Source of the DNA: Candidatus Methylomirabilota bacterium
GTDB lineage: Bacteria; Methylomirabilota; Methylomirabilia; Rokubacteriales; CSP1-6
Length of the DNA: 64,000 nucleotides
Direction: 5' to 3'
Assembly (NCBI GenBank): GCA_035650715.1
Contig: DASRHC010000011.1
Coordinates: 695-64,694, forward strand
The notes under the pieces: generated by a model
The model's input: only the letters and a program-made list of their open reading frames with translations
Database searches by the model: none
Told to the model about the DNA's origin: nothing
Part shown: positions 9,012-21,772 of the stretch, one piece after another
How the letters are laid out: the number at the start of each line of letters is the position of its first letter
How positions within the stretch are numbered: position 1 is the first letter of the stretch
Program-made: the position numbers and the translations under genes

Positions 9012-9284
9012 CGCATTCTCCTTGATCTGATCATCCGACCGCCCGCCGGGGAAGACAAGCGCGGGCGTGCCGCGCGACGCGCGAAGGTGTACGCTCGGAC
9101 GCGATGACTCCGGAGACACGGGAACTGCCGGTCCGCCTCTACGAGGCAGTCCGCTCAGCTCCGGCTCGAGGCCATCCAGCCGACGCGCGGGGAGCACGTG
9201 GGGCACGCGGGCCGGGTGCCCCGGGCGACCACCACCGCCGAGCATCGATGGGGCAAGCACGCGGCGTGAGCCGGAGGCGGGCGG

Positions 9285-12101
<2,817 letters not shown>

Positions 12102-12157
12102 GGCCGTGTGGCTTACTGATACACCCGCCCGCGCGCGGCGCCAAGGAGAGTGCAGTC

Positions 12158-12607
12158 ATGATCCGGGTGAAGCGGGTCTACGAGAAGCCGTCCCCCGCGG
12201 ACGGCCTGCGAGTGCTGGTCGATCGCCTGTGGCCGCGCGGCCTGTCGAAGCAGCGGGCCGCGGTGGACGTGTGGCTGAAGGACGTGGCCCCGAGCCCCGA
12301 GCTGCGCAAGTGGTTCGGCCACGACCCGGCCCGATGGAAGGAGTTCCAGTCGCGCTACCGGAAGGAGCTCCGCGCGCAGAAGGAGGCGCTGGGGCGGCTC
12401 CGGCGGGAAAGCAGGACGCGGACCGTCACCCTGCTCTACGGGGCGCGGGACGAGGAGCACAACGGGGCCCTCGTCCTGAAGGAGGTCCTCGAAGACCCCG
12501 CGATCTGCTGGGCGAGCCGAGGGTCTCACGCGCACGCGAGGGGCGCGCGGTACACTCCGGGTGTCCCGCGCGCACCCGCGTGGGACACGCAGGATGACAT
12601 GGCATGA
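12158..12607 (+). CDS. DUF488 family protein
   Basis: [46 protein letters not shown]...RYRKEL is the DUF488 signature. AGGAGAG RBS. Its stop overlaps the copA ATG (ATGA). Confidence 0.7.
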   Translation: MIRVKRVYEKPSPADGLRVLVDRLWPRGLSKQRAAVDVWLKDVAPSPELRKWFGHDPARWKEFQSRYRKELRAQKEALGRLRRESRTRTVTLLYGARDEEHNGALVLKEVLEDPAICWASRGSHAHARGARYTPGVPRAPAWDTQDDMA

Positions 12608-14967
12608 GCCAGCGAGGCGACGAATCCGTGGCGTCGGCCACGTCGAAGGACCCCGTGTGCGGCATGGATGCGGGTCCGGCCGACGCGCCGGGCGGCAGCG
12701 CCGAGCACGCGGGGACGACGTACTGGTTCTGTAGCCCGGTCTGCCGGCAGCGGTTCGCGGCGGACCCGAGCCGCTACGTCGGCGCCCCGTCGCCCCCTCC
12801 GGCGTCGGCGCCCCCTTCCGCGTCGCCGCCCGCGCCGGCGGTGACCGGGCATCGCGTCTACACCTGCCCGATGCACCCCCAGATCGTTCGCGACGGGCCG
12901 GGCGGCTGCCCGATCTGCGGGATGGCGCTCGAGCCGCTGCTGGCCACCGCGGAAGAGGGCCCCGATCCCGAGCTGGTCGACATGACCCGCCGATTCTGGA
13001 TCGGGCTCGTGCTGGCGCTCCCGTTGCTCGTTCTCGCGATGAGCGACATGCTGCCCGGCGAGCCGCTCCGGCGTCTGCTGTCCGGCCGGGCCCTCGCCTG
13101 GCTGCAGGCCGTCCTCGCCACCCCGGTCGTGCTGTGGGCGGGCCGGCCCTTCCTCGTCCGCGGCTGGGCCTCGATCGTCCATCGCAGCCTGAACATGTTC
13201 ACGTTGATCGCCATCGGGACCGGCACCGCCTACGTGTACAGCCTGGTCGCGACGGTGGCCCCCGGCCTCTTCCCGGCTTCGTTCCGGACCCACGGCGGCG
13301 AGATCGGCCTCTACTTCGAGGCCGCCGCGGTGATCACGGTGCTGGTGCTGCTCGGTCAGGTCCTGGAGCTCCGGGCGCGCAGCCGGACGAGCAGCGCCAT
13401 CCGGGCCCTGCTGAACCTCGCGCCTCCGACCGCCCGACGCCTTCGCGCCGACGACACCGAGGAGGACGTGCCCCTCGAGGTGGTGCAGGTCGGCGACCGC
13501 CTGCGCGTCCGCCCCGGGGAGCGGATCCCGGTCGACGGCGTGGTCCTGGACGGCGCGAGCGCGGTCGACGAGTCGATGATCACGGGCGAGCCGATCCCGG
13601 TGGAGAAGACGGCGGGCAGCCCGCTGTCCGGGGGCACCGTGAACGGCCTCGGCAGCCTCATCATGCGCGCGGAGCGCGTCGGCAGCGATACCCTGCTCGC
13701 GCGCATCGTCCAGATGGTGAGCGAGGCGCAGCGGACGCGGGCTCCGATCCAGCGGCTCGCCGATCAGGTGTCGGCCTGGTTCGTGCCGGCGGTGGTCGTC
13801 GCGGCGGTGCTGACGTTCATCGGATGGAGCCTCTGGGGACCGGAGCCGCGCTTCGCCTACGGGCTGGTGAACGCGGTGGCGGTGCTGATCATCGCCTGTC
13901 CGTGCGCCCTGGGCCTGGCGACGCCCATGTCGATCATGGTGGGCACCGGGCGCGGCGCGATGGCCGGCGTGCTGATCAGGAACGCGGAGGCGCTGGAGGT
14001 GATGGAGCGGGTCGACACGCTGATCGTCGACAAGACGGGCACCCTCACCGAGGGGAGGCCGCGCCTCGTCGCGGTGAAGCCGGCGCCCGGGCAGGACGAG
14101 GCGTCCGTGCTCCGGTACGCGGCGAGCCTGGAGCGCGGGAGCGAGCATCCGCTCGCCGCGGCGATCCTCGCCGGCGCGGCGGAGCGCGGGATCACCCCGC
14201 CGGCCCCGGAGGAGTTCCGATCCGAGACCGGGAAGGGCATCGTGGGCCGCGTCGGGAGCCGGGCCGTCGCGCTCGGCAATGCCCGGCTCATGGAGGATCT
14301 GGGCGTGGCGGTCGGGGCGCTGGCGGCCCAGGCCGAAACCCTGCGGGAGGACGGTCAGACCGTGGTGTTCGTCGCGGTCGAGGGGCGGCCGGCCGGGATC
14401 GTGGCCGTCGCCGACCCGATCAAGTCATCCACGGCGGACGCCATCGCCGCGCTGCACCGCGCGGGGCTCGATATCGTCATGGTGAGCGGCGACAGCCGGC
14501 GCACGGCGACCGCGGTCGCCCGCACGCTGCGCATCGATCGCGTGGAGGCGGAGGTGCTGCCGGAGGACAAGAGCCGCGTCGTGCAGGCCCTCCAGAAGGA
14601 CGGCCGGCGGGTGGCGATGGCGGGGGACGGGGTCAACGACGCGCCCGCGCTGGCCCAGGCCGACGTCGGGATCGCCATGGGGACGGGGACCGACGTGGCG
14701 ATCCAGAGCGCGGGGATCACGCTGGTGAAGGGCGATCTCCGCGGCATCGTCCGCGCCCGGCACCTGAGCCGCGCCACCATGCGGAACATCCGCCAGAACC
14801 TCTTCTTCGCGTTCGTGTACAACGCGCTCGGCGTCCCGCTCGCGGCCGGGGTCCTGTACCCGGTGCTGGGCATTCTCCTGAGCCCCATCATCGCCAGCGC
14901 CGCGATGACGTTCAGCTCGGTCTCGGTCATCGCCAACGCGCTGCGGCTCCGGCGCGTGCCGCTCTGA
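12604..14967 (+). CDS. copA: copper-translocating P1B-type ATPase with N-terminal YHS/TRASH-like and CPxH..CPxC metal-binding motifs
   Basis: DPVCGM...[12 protein letters not shown] (YHS), then YTCPMHPQI...CPICGM. TM region with the CPC motif (IIACPCALG), [17 protein letters not shown]. Confidence 0.9.
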   Translation: MSQRGDESVASATSKDPVCGMDAGPADAPGGSAEHAGTTYWFCSPVCRQRFAADPSRYVGAPSPPPASAPPSASPPAPAVTGHRVYTCPMHPQIVRDGPGGCPICGMALEPLLATAEEGPDPELVDMTRRFWIGLVLALPLLVLAMSDMLPGEPLRRLLSGRALAWLQAVLATPVVLWAGRPFLVRGWASIVHRSLNMFTLIAIGTGTAYVYSLVATVAPGLFPASFRTHGGEIGLYFEAAAVITVLVLLGQVLELRARSRTSSAIRALLNLAPPTARRLRADDTEEDVPLEVVQVGDRLRVRPGERIPVDGVVLDGASAVDESMITGEPIPVEKTAGSPLSGGTVNGLGSLIMRAERVGSDTLLARIVQMVSEAQRTRAPIQRLADQVSAWFVPAVVVAAVLTFIGWSLWGPEPRFAYGLVNAVAVLIIACPCALGLATPMSIMVGTGRGAMAGVLIRNAEALEVMERVDTLIVDKTGTLTEGRPRLVAVKPAPGQDEASVLRYAASLERGSEHPLAAAILAGAAERGITPPAPEEFRSETGKGIVGRVGSRAVALGNARLMEDLGVAVGALAAQAETLREDGQTVVFVAVEGRPAGIVAVADPIKSSTADAIAALHRAGLDIVMVSGDSRRTATAVARTLRIDRVEAEVLPEDKSRVVQALQKDGRRVAMAGDGVNDAPALAQADVGIAMGTGTDVAIQSAGITLVKGDLRGIVRARHLSRATMRNIRQNLFFAFVYNALGVPLAAGVLYPVLGILLSPIIASAAMTFSSVSVIANALRLRRVPL

Positions 14968-15051
14968 GCGGACCGGCCGCCGGCCGGCGGGTCGGGCTCG
15001 CGCCCGGCGGGCCTGCTCGAACTACCTGGCCAAACGACCTGGTAAGACCTA

Positions 15052-15083
15052 CGCGGCGGGCCGGAAACGTCCGGCCGCCGGCC
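15052..15083 (+). terminator. GC-rich imperfect hairpin downstream of copA (candidate intrinsic terminator, no U-tract)
   Basis: cggcgggccgga-aacg-tccggccgccg forms an 11-12 bp stem with one bulge and a 4-nt loop, about 85 nt after the copA stop. No T-run follows, as is common in high-GC genomes. Confidence 0.25.
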
Positions 15084-15206
15084 GCGGATCCGCCGGTCTC
15101 GCGGCGTCCTGATGCTCGCGATCGCCTGGCAGCCTCCTTGCTCGAAGCAGGACGAGGCATCGAACACCACACACGCGGCATCGCCGCGCAAGGAGGCACG
15201 CGAGTC

Positions 15207-15413
15207 ATGGGGGAATCCCGGCCGACCAGGAACGAGGGTGAAGGCAACCGCAGCGCCGATCGAGAGTACCGCGAGGACGTGCGGCGTCACGTCGAGTCCG
15301 GGGCGGTGGAGCCCGCGGCCAAGGAAGCGGAGAAGACGCTCGACGGGCCCGAGGCCGAGGAGCTGCGCCGAGCCGAGGAGGCGGGCAAGGCCGGACGCAC
15401 GGGCCGGAGGTGA
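15207..15413 (+). CDS. small highly charged hypothetical protein (68 aa)
   Basis: MGESRPTRNEGEGNRSADREYREDVRRHVESGAVEPAAKEAEKTLDGPEAEELRRAEEAGKAGRTGRR. AAGGAGG RBS 8 nt upstream of the ATG. In the track it is hidden in the tail of the artefactual 13134..15413 ORF. Confidence 0.45.
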   Translation: MGESRPTRNEGEGNRSADREYREDVRRHVESGAVEPAAKEAEKTLDGPEAEELRRAEEAGKAGRTGRR

Positions 15414-15464
15414 TCCGGGCGCGCGCCGTCCCGCTCCGGGGCGGCGCGCGGGCGGCCGGCAGGC

Positions 15465-16457
15465 TCAGCGCATGGCCGGCTTCGCCGAGTAGCGGGCGCG
15501 GGCCAGCTCCACGATCTCCAAAATGGTGTCGCGGTAGGTGCGCCCGGAGGCGCGCGCGCCCTTGATGAACTCGGCCCCGGAGGAGAGGTAGGGGTTGGGA
15601 TTCGCCTCGATGAGGTACACGGTGCCGTCCGGAGCGAGCCGGAAGTCCACGCGGGCGTAGTCCCGCAGGTTCAGCGCGTGGAACGCGGTGAGGGCCGCGT
15701 GCCGCAGGGTCTCCTGCACGTCGTCGGGGAGCGCGGGCAGCACGAGCCGGCTGCCCCGGTAGGCGCGGGTGCCTTCTCCCCATTTCACCTCGGTGCCGGC
15801 GATGCGGGGCGTGCCCTTGGGCAGGTGCGAGAGATCGAGCTCGATCGGGGGCAAGGCCCGGGCCTGGTGGTTGCCCAGCACGCCCACGTAGATCTCGCGG
15901 CCCTCGATGTACTGCTCGATGAGCACGGGGTGATCGAACTCGGACTGTAGCTGGTCGATGCGCTCCATCAGCTCCTTGATGCTGCCGACCAGGGCGTCGA
16001 AGCCGATGCCGATCGAGCCGTCTTCCCGGGCCGGCTTCACGATCACCGGGAAGTCGATGTCGTGCGCCGAGTCCAGCCGCCCGCGCCAGACCACCGCCCA
16101 CCGGGGCGTGGCGAGCCCGTGGAAGCTGAAGATCTTCTTGGCCAGCGCCTTGTCCATGGCCAGGGTGAGGCCGCGGACCCCGGAGCCGGTGTAGCGAAGC
16201 CCCAGCAGGTCGTAGTACGCGGCCACGTGGGGCTCCTTGGTGTCGTCGTCCCCGAAGGATTCCACCAGGTTGAACACCAGGTCGGCCTGCGCCTGGGCGA
16301 GCGCGCGCAGGCACTCCGGCGTGCCGTCCACCGCGAGGCCGGATACGTCGTGCCCCGCCTTCCGCAGGACGTCGGCGACCTGCTGGACGTCGGTCTTGCG
16401 CCGGCCCTTGGGGCCGTCGATCGACTCGTCAGCGCCGTGGGCGACGATGATTCGCAT
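15465..16457 (-). CDS. ATP-grasp enzyme, D-alanine--D-alanine ligase-like
   Basis: N-terminal Ddl_N-like (DLVFNLVESFGDDD), central ATP-grasp (FPVIVKPAREDGSIGI, EQYIEGREIYVGVLG, YLIEANPNPYLS). Confidence 0.8.
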   Translation of the reverse strand: MRIIVAHGADESIDGPKGRRKTDVQQVADVLRKAGHDVSGLAVDGTPECLRALAQAQADLVFNLVESFGDDDTKEPHVAAYYDLLGLRYTGSGVRGLTLAMDKALAKKIFSFHGLATPRWAVVWRGRLDSAHDIDFPVIVKPAREDGSIGIGFDALVGSIKELMERIDQLQSEFDHPVLIEQYIEGREIYVGVLGNHQARALPPIELDLSHLPKGTPRIAGTEVKWGEGTRAYRGSRLVLPALPDDVQETLRHAALTAFHALNLRDYARVDFRLAPDGTVYLIEANPNPYLSSGAEFIKGARASGRTYRDTILEIVELARARYSAKPAMR

Positions 16458-17505
16458 GGTGGGGGCTGGCCTGATGGCCGCGGTGCCCGCGGCCCGAGCG
16501 ACGGGCGCGCGGGATGAAGCGGCCGTGGGTGAGGAAGTTCATCGCGAGCGTGGTGGCGTAGGTGGTCAGCTCCACCAGCGTGGCGGCCTCGGCGGCCGCC
16601 GGCACCGCCAGCTGAAGACGCGCCGCGGTGTCCTCGATCTTGGTGACCAGCGCCCGGATGGCGCTCCGGCGCACGCCGGTCCAGTACTCGATCTTGTTGA
16701 CGAGGACGGCGCGGTGCTCCCGCAGGAAGTCGGCGGCCGGTCGGGTTCCGGCGCGGCGCCGCACGAAGAAGTCGGGCAGGTCGTGCTCCAGCGCCACGTC
16801 CACCGGCTCCTGCACCGACTCCTGCGCCCGGAAGAACTCCTCCACCGTCATGTTCATCTCCTCGACCGTGATGTCGGTGGAGGCGATGCGCACCACCGGG
16901 TCGGCGTCGCCGAGCCGGCGCGCGGTGCGCTCGACGTAGCGGAGCTTGCGCATGGCCGGCCAGCCCCGGTAGCGCTCGCGCCAGCGCGAGCGGGGGGTCA
17001 GCCAGACCGCGAAGGTCTCCGCGAAGTCCTCGTCCGGATGCTTCTGGGCGTACCAGCCCTCCATGTGACGCACGAAGCGCCGGTCGAAGGGCACCGGCTT
17101 GTAGCGGTCGCGGTAGGGGCGATTGAAGGGCCCGAACTGCTCGCGCCATTCCGGGGTCTCGTACAGCCGGTACGCGTAGTTGAAGGCGTGGCCCGCCTCG
17201 TGCCGGAGGTACATGCGGATCTCGCGGGCGTCCTCGACGTCGTCCAGCTCCTTCTCGAGGCGCGCGAGGTTGGCGTCGGCCAGATAGAACGGGATGCCGA
17301 TGATCGGCTCCTCGTCCGGGCAGCCCCACTCATCGGTCAGGTAGGTGGGAGGGCGAAACCGCTTCAGTCCCTTGGCCTCCAGCTCGCGATAGAGATCGGC
17401 GACGTAGCGTTCGACCGGTGATCCCTCGAGCTTCAGGCCCAGCTCGCTGACCCGCTGGGAGAGCAGCGGCTTGAGGTCGGGAGGAGCCGTCTCGAACCCG
17501 GCCAT
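16429..17505 (-). CDS. putative zinc metallopeptidase (Peptidase_Mx-like, HEAGHAFNY HExxH)
   Basis: HEAGHAFNYAYRLYETPEWREQFGPF... The zincin-like HExxH plus downstream E matches the 'putative zinc-binding metallopeptidase' family. This family is recurrently neighboured by ATP-grasp ligases. Its 3' end overlaps the ATP-grasp start by about 29 nt. Confidence 0.65.
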   Translation of the reverse strand: MAGFETAPPDLKPLLSQRVSELGLKLEGSPVERYVADLYRELEAKGLKRFRPPTYLTDEWGCPDEEPIIGIPFYLADANLARLEKELDDVEDAREIRMYLRHEAGHAFNYAYRLYETPEWREQFGPFNRPYRDRYKPVPFDRRFVRHMEGWYAQKHPDEDFAETFAVWLTPRSRWRERYRGWPAMRKLRYVERTARRLGDADPVVRIASTDITVEEMNMTVEEFFRAQESVQEPVDVALEHDLPDFFVRRRAGTRPAADFLREHRAVLVNKIEYWTGVRRSAIRALVTKIEDTAARLQLAVPAAAEAATLVELTTYATTLAMNFLTHGRFIPRARRSGRGHRGHQASPHHANHRRPRR

Positions 17506-17581
17506 CGCTCCATGCTAGCCCTCCCGCCGCCCGCGGGCAATTCTCGGAACGGATGGACCGGTTCGGCTTAGAATCTGGTCC

Positions 17582-18766
17582 ATGACCGTCTCCAGAGGGC
17601 GCGCGCTGCTCAGCATTCCGGGGCCGACCAACATTCCCGACGCGGTGCTCGCCGCGATGCATCGACCGGCCATCGACATCTACGCCGGCGACATGCTCGC
17701 GGTGACCCGCAGCCTGCTCGAGGACCTGCCGAAGATCTTCCGGACCGCGGGACGTACGTACATCTATGCGGCCAACGGCCACGGCGGGTGGGAGGCCGCG
17801 CTCACCAACGTGCTGTCGCGGGGCGAGACGGTGCTGGTGCTGGAGAGCGGGCTGTTCGCGCTCGGCTGGGGCGACATGGCGCGGATGCTGGGGGTCAAGG
17901 TCGAGGTGCTGAAGGGCGACCCGCGGCGTGCGGTCGATCCGGCCGCGCTCGCCCAGCGGCTCCGGGCCGATGCCGCGCACGAGATCAAGGCCGTCCTGGT
18001 GGTCCAGATCGATACCGCCTCGGGGGTGGTGAACGACCTCGAGGCGATCCATCGCGCCATCGCCTCCGTGGGCCATCCCGCGCTGCTGATGGTGGACTGC
18101 GTGGCCTCGCTCGGCTGCATGCCGTTCGAGATGGACCGGTGGGGCATCGACGTGGCGATGGCGGGCTCGCAGAAGGGACTGATGACGCCGCCCGGTCTGG
18201 CCTTCGTCGCGGCCGGTCCGCGCGCGCACGCGGCCCATCAGCACGCGGACCTCCGCACGCGCTACTGGGACTGGACCTTCCGCGAGGGCGAGGCGCACTA
18301 CCAGAAGTACGGAGGCACCCCGCCCGAGCACCTGCTCTTCGGCCTGCGCAAGGCGCTCGACCTGCTGCTGGAGGAAGGCCTCGAGGCCGCGATCCGCCGC
18401 CACGCCCTGCTCGCCGAGGCCACGCGGCGGGCGGTCGCCCGGTGGTCCGAAGGGGGCGCGCTCGCCTTCAACATCGTCCGCGCCGAGGAGCGCGCGAACT
18501 CGGTGACCACGGTGCTCGTCGAGGGCCGTGAGCCGGGACCGATCAGCGACTACTGTCGCGACTGCTGTGGCGTGGTCCTCGGCCGAGGGATCGGGGACCT
18601 GCAAGGCCGGGCCTTCCGGATCGCCCACATGGGCCACGTGAACGCGCCGATGGTCTTCGGGGTGCTGGGAGCCATCGAGATGTCCCTGCAGGCCCTCGGC
18701 ATCCCGTACGGGAAGGGTGGCGTCCAGGCGGCGGTGGAGTACCTCGGAGGCGAGGTCCGCCCCTAG
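17582..18766 (+). CDS. class V aminotransferase (alanine/serine--glyoxylate aminotransferase family, PLP-dependent)
   Basis: LLSIPGPTNIPDAVLAAM...GSQKGLMTPPGLAF (PLP-Lys region), about 394 aa. Confidence 0.8.
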   Translation: MTVSRGRALLSIPGPTNIPDAVLAAMHRPAIDIYAGDMLAVTRSLLEDLPKIFRTAGRTYIYAANGHGGWEAALTNVLSRGETVLVLESGLFALGWGDMARMLGVKVEVLKGDPRRAVDPAALAQRLRADAAHEIKAVLVVQIDTASGVVNDLEAIHRAIASVGHPALLMVDCVASLGCMPFEMDRWGIDVAMAGSQKGLMTPPGLAFVAAGPRAHAAHQHADLRTRYWDWTFREGEAHYQKYGGTPPEHLLFGLRKALDLLLEEGLEAAIRRHALLAEATRRAVARWSEGGALAFNIVRAEERANSVTTVLVEGREPGPISDYCRDCCGVVLGRGIGDLQGRAFRIAHMGHVNAPMVFGVLGAIEMSLQALGIPYGKGGVQAAVEYLGGEVRP

Positions 18767-18981
18767 AGCCGGATCCGGGGCCGTCCGCCGTCGGCGGGGC
18801 TCGCACCGCGTGACGGCCTGGAACCGCCTCTTCGCGCCTTCATCTGCGGGGGCCCAGAAACGGCCCCCGCACTCCCCCACGTGGCCTGCGCGGGTCCACC
18901 GGCCCCGTTCACGAACGCGGTCGTCTGTGTCATCCTGTGGCGGTTCGCGGGCAGGAGATCCATACCCGAGGAGATCGACAG

Positions 18982-19293
18982 ATGGCCGAGAAGAAGCCGA
19001 CGGCGGTGTACGAGTTCATCCCCAAGCTGGGGCAGCTCCGAGACGAGGTGCTGTTCGGGGACGTGTGGGAGCATCCCGATCTCAGCAAGCGGGACCGGAG
19101 CCTGATCACGGTGGCGATGCTCGCGGCGCTCTACCGGACCGACGAGATGCGGGGCCACATGCGGAGGGCGCTGGACAACGGCGTGACCGAGACCGAGCTC
19201 AAGGGGCTGATCACCCACGTGGCGTTCTACGCGGGCTGGCCCTGCGCGGTGAACGCGGGCCGGGTGGCCCTCGAGGTGTTCGGACCCAAGTAG
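18982..19293 (+). CDS. carboxymuconolactone decarboxylase (AhpD-like) family protein
   Basis: MAEKKPTAVYEF...FGDVWEHPDLSKRDRSLITVAMLAA...HVAFYAGWP is a CMD family signature. GAGGAG RBS. Confidence 0.75.
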   Translation: MAEKKPTAVYEFIPKLGQLRDEVLFGDVWEHPDLSKRDRSLITVAMLAALYRTDEMRGHMRRALDNGVTETELKGLITHVAFYAGWPCAVNAGRVALEVFGPK

Positions 19294-19327
19294 CCCCGGC
19301 CCCGCGGCCGGGAAGGGAGGAGGCCTC

Positions 19328-20134
19328 ATGAAGCGGCTGCTCATCGGAACCGTGCTGGCGCTCGTGATCGCCACGCCCGCGCTGGGCGAGATCAAGGAAG
19401 AGCCCGTCACCTACCGGGACGGCGAGACCACCATGAAGGGCGCGGTGGTGTACGACACCGCCGTGAGCGGCAAGCGGCCCGGTCTGATCCTCGTCCACGA
19501 GTGGTGGGGCATCACGAAGCACATGCACAGCGAGGCACGCCGGTTCGCCCAGCAGGGCTACACCGTGTTCATCGCCGACATGTACGGCGACGCCAAGACC
19601 GCGGACAACCCGAAGGACGCGGGGGCGCTGTCCGGCTCGGTCATGAAGAACCCGAAGACGATGGAGGCGCGTTTCAATGCCGCGCGCGAGCAGCTCGCCC
19701 GGCAGGCGACCGTGGATCCGACGCGCATCGGGGCGGTCGGCTACTGCTTCGGCGGGGCGGTGGTGCTCAACATGGCGCGCGCGGGGGCGGACCTGTCCGG
19801 GGTGGCCGGCTTCCACGCCTCCCTCGGCCTCAACACCCCAGCGCCGGCGCCCGGGACGGTGAAGGCCAAGATCCTGGTGCTCAACGGCGCCGACGATCCC
19901 TTCGTGAAGAAGGAGCAGTACGCCACGTTCAAGAGCGACCTGGACGCGGCCAAGGCCGACTACGAGGTGATCGAGTATCCGGGCGCGGTGCACGCCTTCA
20001 CGAACCCGGAGGCCACCGAGCTCGGCAAGAAGTTCAACCTGCCGCTGCGGTACGACGCCAAGGTGAACGAGGAGGCGAAGGCGGAGGCGAAGGCGGAGGC
20101 GTCGAAGTTCTTCGCGCAGATCTTCAAGAAGTAG
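19328..20134 (+). CDS. dienelactone hydrolase family protein, secreted (signal peptide)
   Basis: Signal peptide MKRLLIGTVLALVIATPALG, then ...GLILVHEWWGI...GYCFGG...LVLNGADDPFV...AVHAF is the DLH catalytic triad context. Confidence 0.8.
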   Translation: MKRLLIGTVLALVIATPALGEIKEEPVTYRDGETTMKGAVVYDTAVSGKRPGLILVHEWWGITKHMHSEARRFAQQGYTVFIADMYGDAKTADNPKDAGALSGSVMKNPKTMEARFNAAREQLARQATVDPTRIGAVGYCFGGAVVLNMARAGADLSGVAGFHASLGLNTPAPAPGTVKAKILVLNGADDPFVKKEQYATFKSDLDAAKADYEVIEYPGAVHAFTNPEATELGKKFNLPLRYDAKVNEEAKAEAKAEASKFFAQIFKK

Positions 20135-20154
20135 GCCGCGACGGAGGGGCCGCC

Positions 20155-21762
20155 ATGGACAAGACGGGATGGCTGGTCGCCGAGGTGCTCGCCCGGCAGG
20201 CGCGGGCCCGGGGCGACCGTACGTTTCTGTCGTTCGTGGACGGCCCCACCGTCAGCTACGCGGAGGCGGACGCGATCGCCCATCGGGTGAGCCGCGGGGT
20301 GGCCGCCCTGGGCGCCGAGCCCGGCGACCGGGTCGGGGTCTGGCTGCCCAACGGGCCGGAGATCCTCCACGCCTCGTTCGGCATCTACCGGGCCGGGGCG
20401 ATCGCGGTGTTCGTCAACCCCGGCTACCGCGGCATCTTCCTCGAGCACGTGCTCAACAACGCCGGGGCGCGCTGGGTCATCACGACCGGCGAGTACCTGC
20501 CGCGTCTGGCCGAGAGCGAGGCCAACCTGCCCGGCGTGGAACGGGTCGTGATCGTGGGGCCGGTTCCGCCCGATGCCCCTCGGCTCCGGCGGGTCACGAT
20601 CCAGTCCTGGGACGAGCTGCTGTGCCACCCCGCCGAGCCGCTGGGGGTGACCGTCAGCTATCGGGACGTGGGGGCCATGATGTACACCTCCGGGACCACC
20701 GGCCCCTCCAAGGGCGTGCTGATGCCCCACGCCCACCTCTACCTCTTCGGCCAGGGCGTGGTGGACAACCTCCGGGTGACGGCCGACGACGTCTACTACA
20801 TCTGCATGCCGCTGTTCCACGCCAACGCGCTGTGCATGCAGCTGTACGGCACGCTCCTCGCGGGGGCCCGGGCGGCGATCGCGCCCCAGTTCAGCGCCAG
20901 CCGGTGGCTCGACGACGTGCGGGCGAGCGGGGCCACCGTGACCCACACCCTGGGGGTGATGACCGAGTTCATCCATCGCCAGCCCGCGCGTCCGGACGAT
21001 CGCGACCACCGGCTCCGCCTGATCTGCGCGGTGCCCACGCCGGCCGAGATCGCGGTGAGCTTTCGCGAGCGATTCGGGGTCCCGCTCATCGAGGGCTACG
21101 GCATGACGGAGGTGAACATCCCGCTCTACATGCCGCTCGATGCGCCGTACCGGCCGGGCAGCTGCGGGCGGGTCTACGAGCGGTACTTCGAGGTCCGGGT
21201 GGTGGACCCCGAGACGGATGAGCCGGTGCCGCCGGGCACGGTGGGCGAGATCGTGGTGCGGCCCCGCGAGCCGTTCGGCTTCATGCAGGGCTACAACGCC
21301 ATGCCCGACCGGACGGTGGAGGCCTGGCGCAACTTCTGGTTCCACACCGGCGACGCCGGGCGGCAGGACGAGGACGGCTACTTCTACTTCGTGGACCGCA
21401 TCAAGGACACCATCCGGCGCCGGGGCGAGAACCTCTCCTCCTACGAGATCGAGCGGGTGCTCGGCGAGCATCCCGCGGTGGCGGAGGTGGCCGCGATCGC
21501 CGTCCGCTCGGAGATCGCGGGCGGCGAGGACGAGGTCAAGGCATGCATCGTGCTCGCGGCGGGGCAGACGGTCGCCCCCGAGGCGCTGCTGGACTTCTGC
21601 CAGAGCCGCATGCCGCACTTCGCGGTGCCGCGCTACGTGGAGTTCCTGGACGCGCTGCCGAAGACGCCCACCGCCAAGGTGCAGAAGGCGGCCCTGCGCC
21701 GGGACGGGATCACCCCCGGCACCTGGGATCGCGAAGCCGCCGGCTACCGCGTGCGGCGCTGA
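20155..21762 (+). CDS. AMP-dependent synthetase/ligase (acyl-CoA synthetase-like)
   Basis: MMYTSGTTGPSKGV (AMP-binding motif), YGMTEV, ...FHTGDAGRQDEDGYFYFVDRIKD...PKTPTAKVQK. Confidence 0.85.
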   Translation: MDKTGWLVAEVLARQARARGDRTFLSFVDGPTVSYAEADAIAHRVSRGVAALGAEPGDRVGVWLPNGPEILHASFGIYRAGAIAVFVNPGYRGIFLEHVLNNAGARWVITTGEYLPRLAESEANLPGVERVVIVGPVPPDAPRLRRVTIQSWDELLCHPAEPLGVTVSYRDVGAMMYTSGTTGPSKGVLMPHAHLYLFGQGVVDNLRVTADDVYYICMPLFHANALCMQLYGTLLAGARAAIAPQFSASRWLDDVRASGATVTHTLGVMTEFIHRQPARPDDRDHRLRLICAVPTPAEIAVSFRERFGVPLIEGYGMTEVNIPLYMPLDAPYRPGSCGRVYERYFEVRVVDPETDEPVPPGTVGEIVVRPREPFGFMQGYNAMPDRTVEAWRNFWFHTGDAGRQDEDGYFYFVDRIKDTIRRRGENLSSYEIERVLGEHPAVAEVAAIAVRSEIAGGEDEVKACIVLAAGQTVAPEALLDFCQSRMPHFAVPRYVEFLDALPKTPTAKVQKAALRRDGITPGTWDREAAGYRVRR

Positions 21763-21772
21763 TCCGGCCGGC

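Noticed and set aside
8930-9125. While hand-translating fba I twice found my nucleotide count 1 nt out of step with the ORF track (around 8940 and 9120), as if there were compensating indels.
   Set aside because: Most likely my own counting error on the printed sequence. The track shows one continuous, well-conserved class I aldolase ORF, so no frameshift is claimed.
15040-15060. Direct repeats ACCTGG...ACCTGG...ACCTAC just after copA.
   Set aside because: Too short and irregular to call a binding site. Possibly part of the terminator-like region annotated separately.
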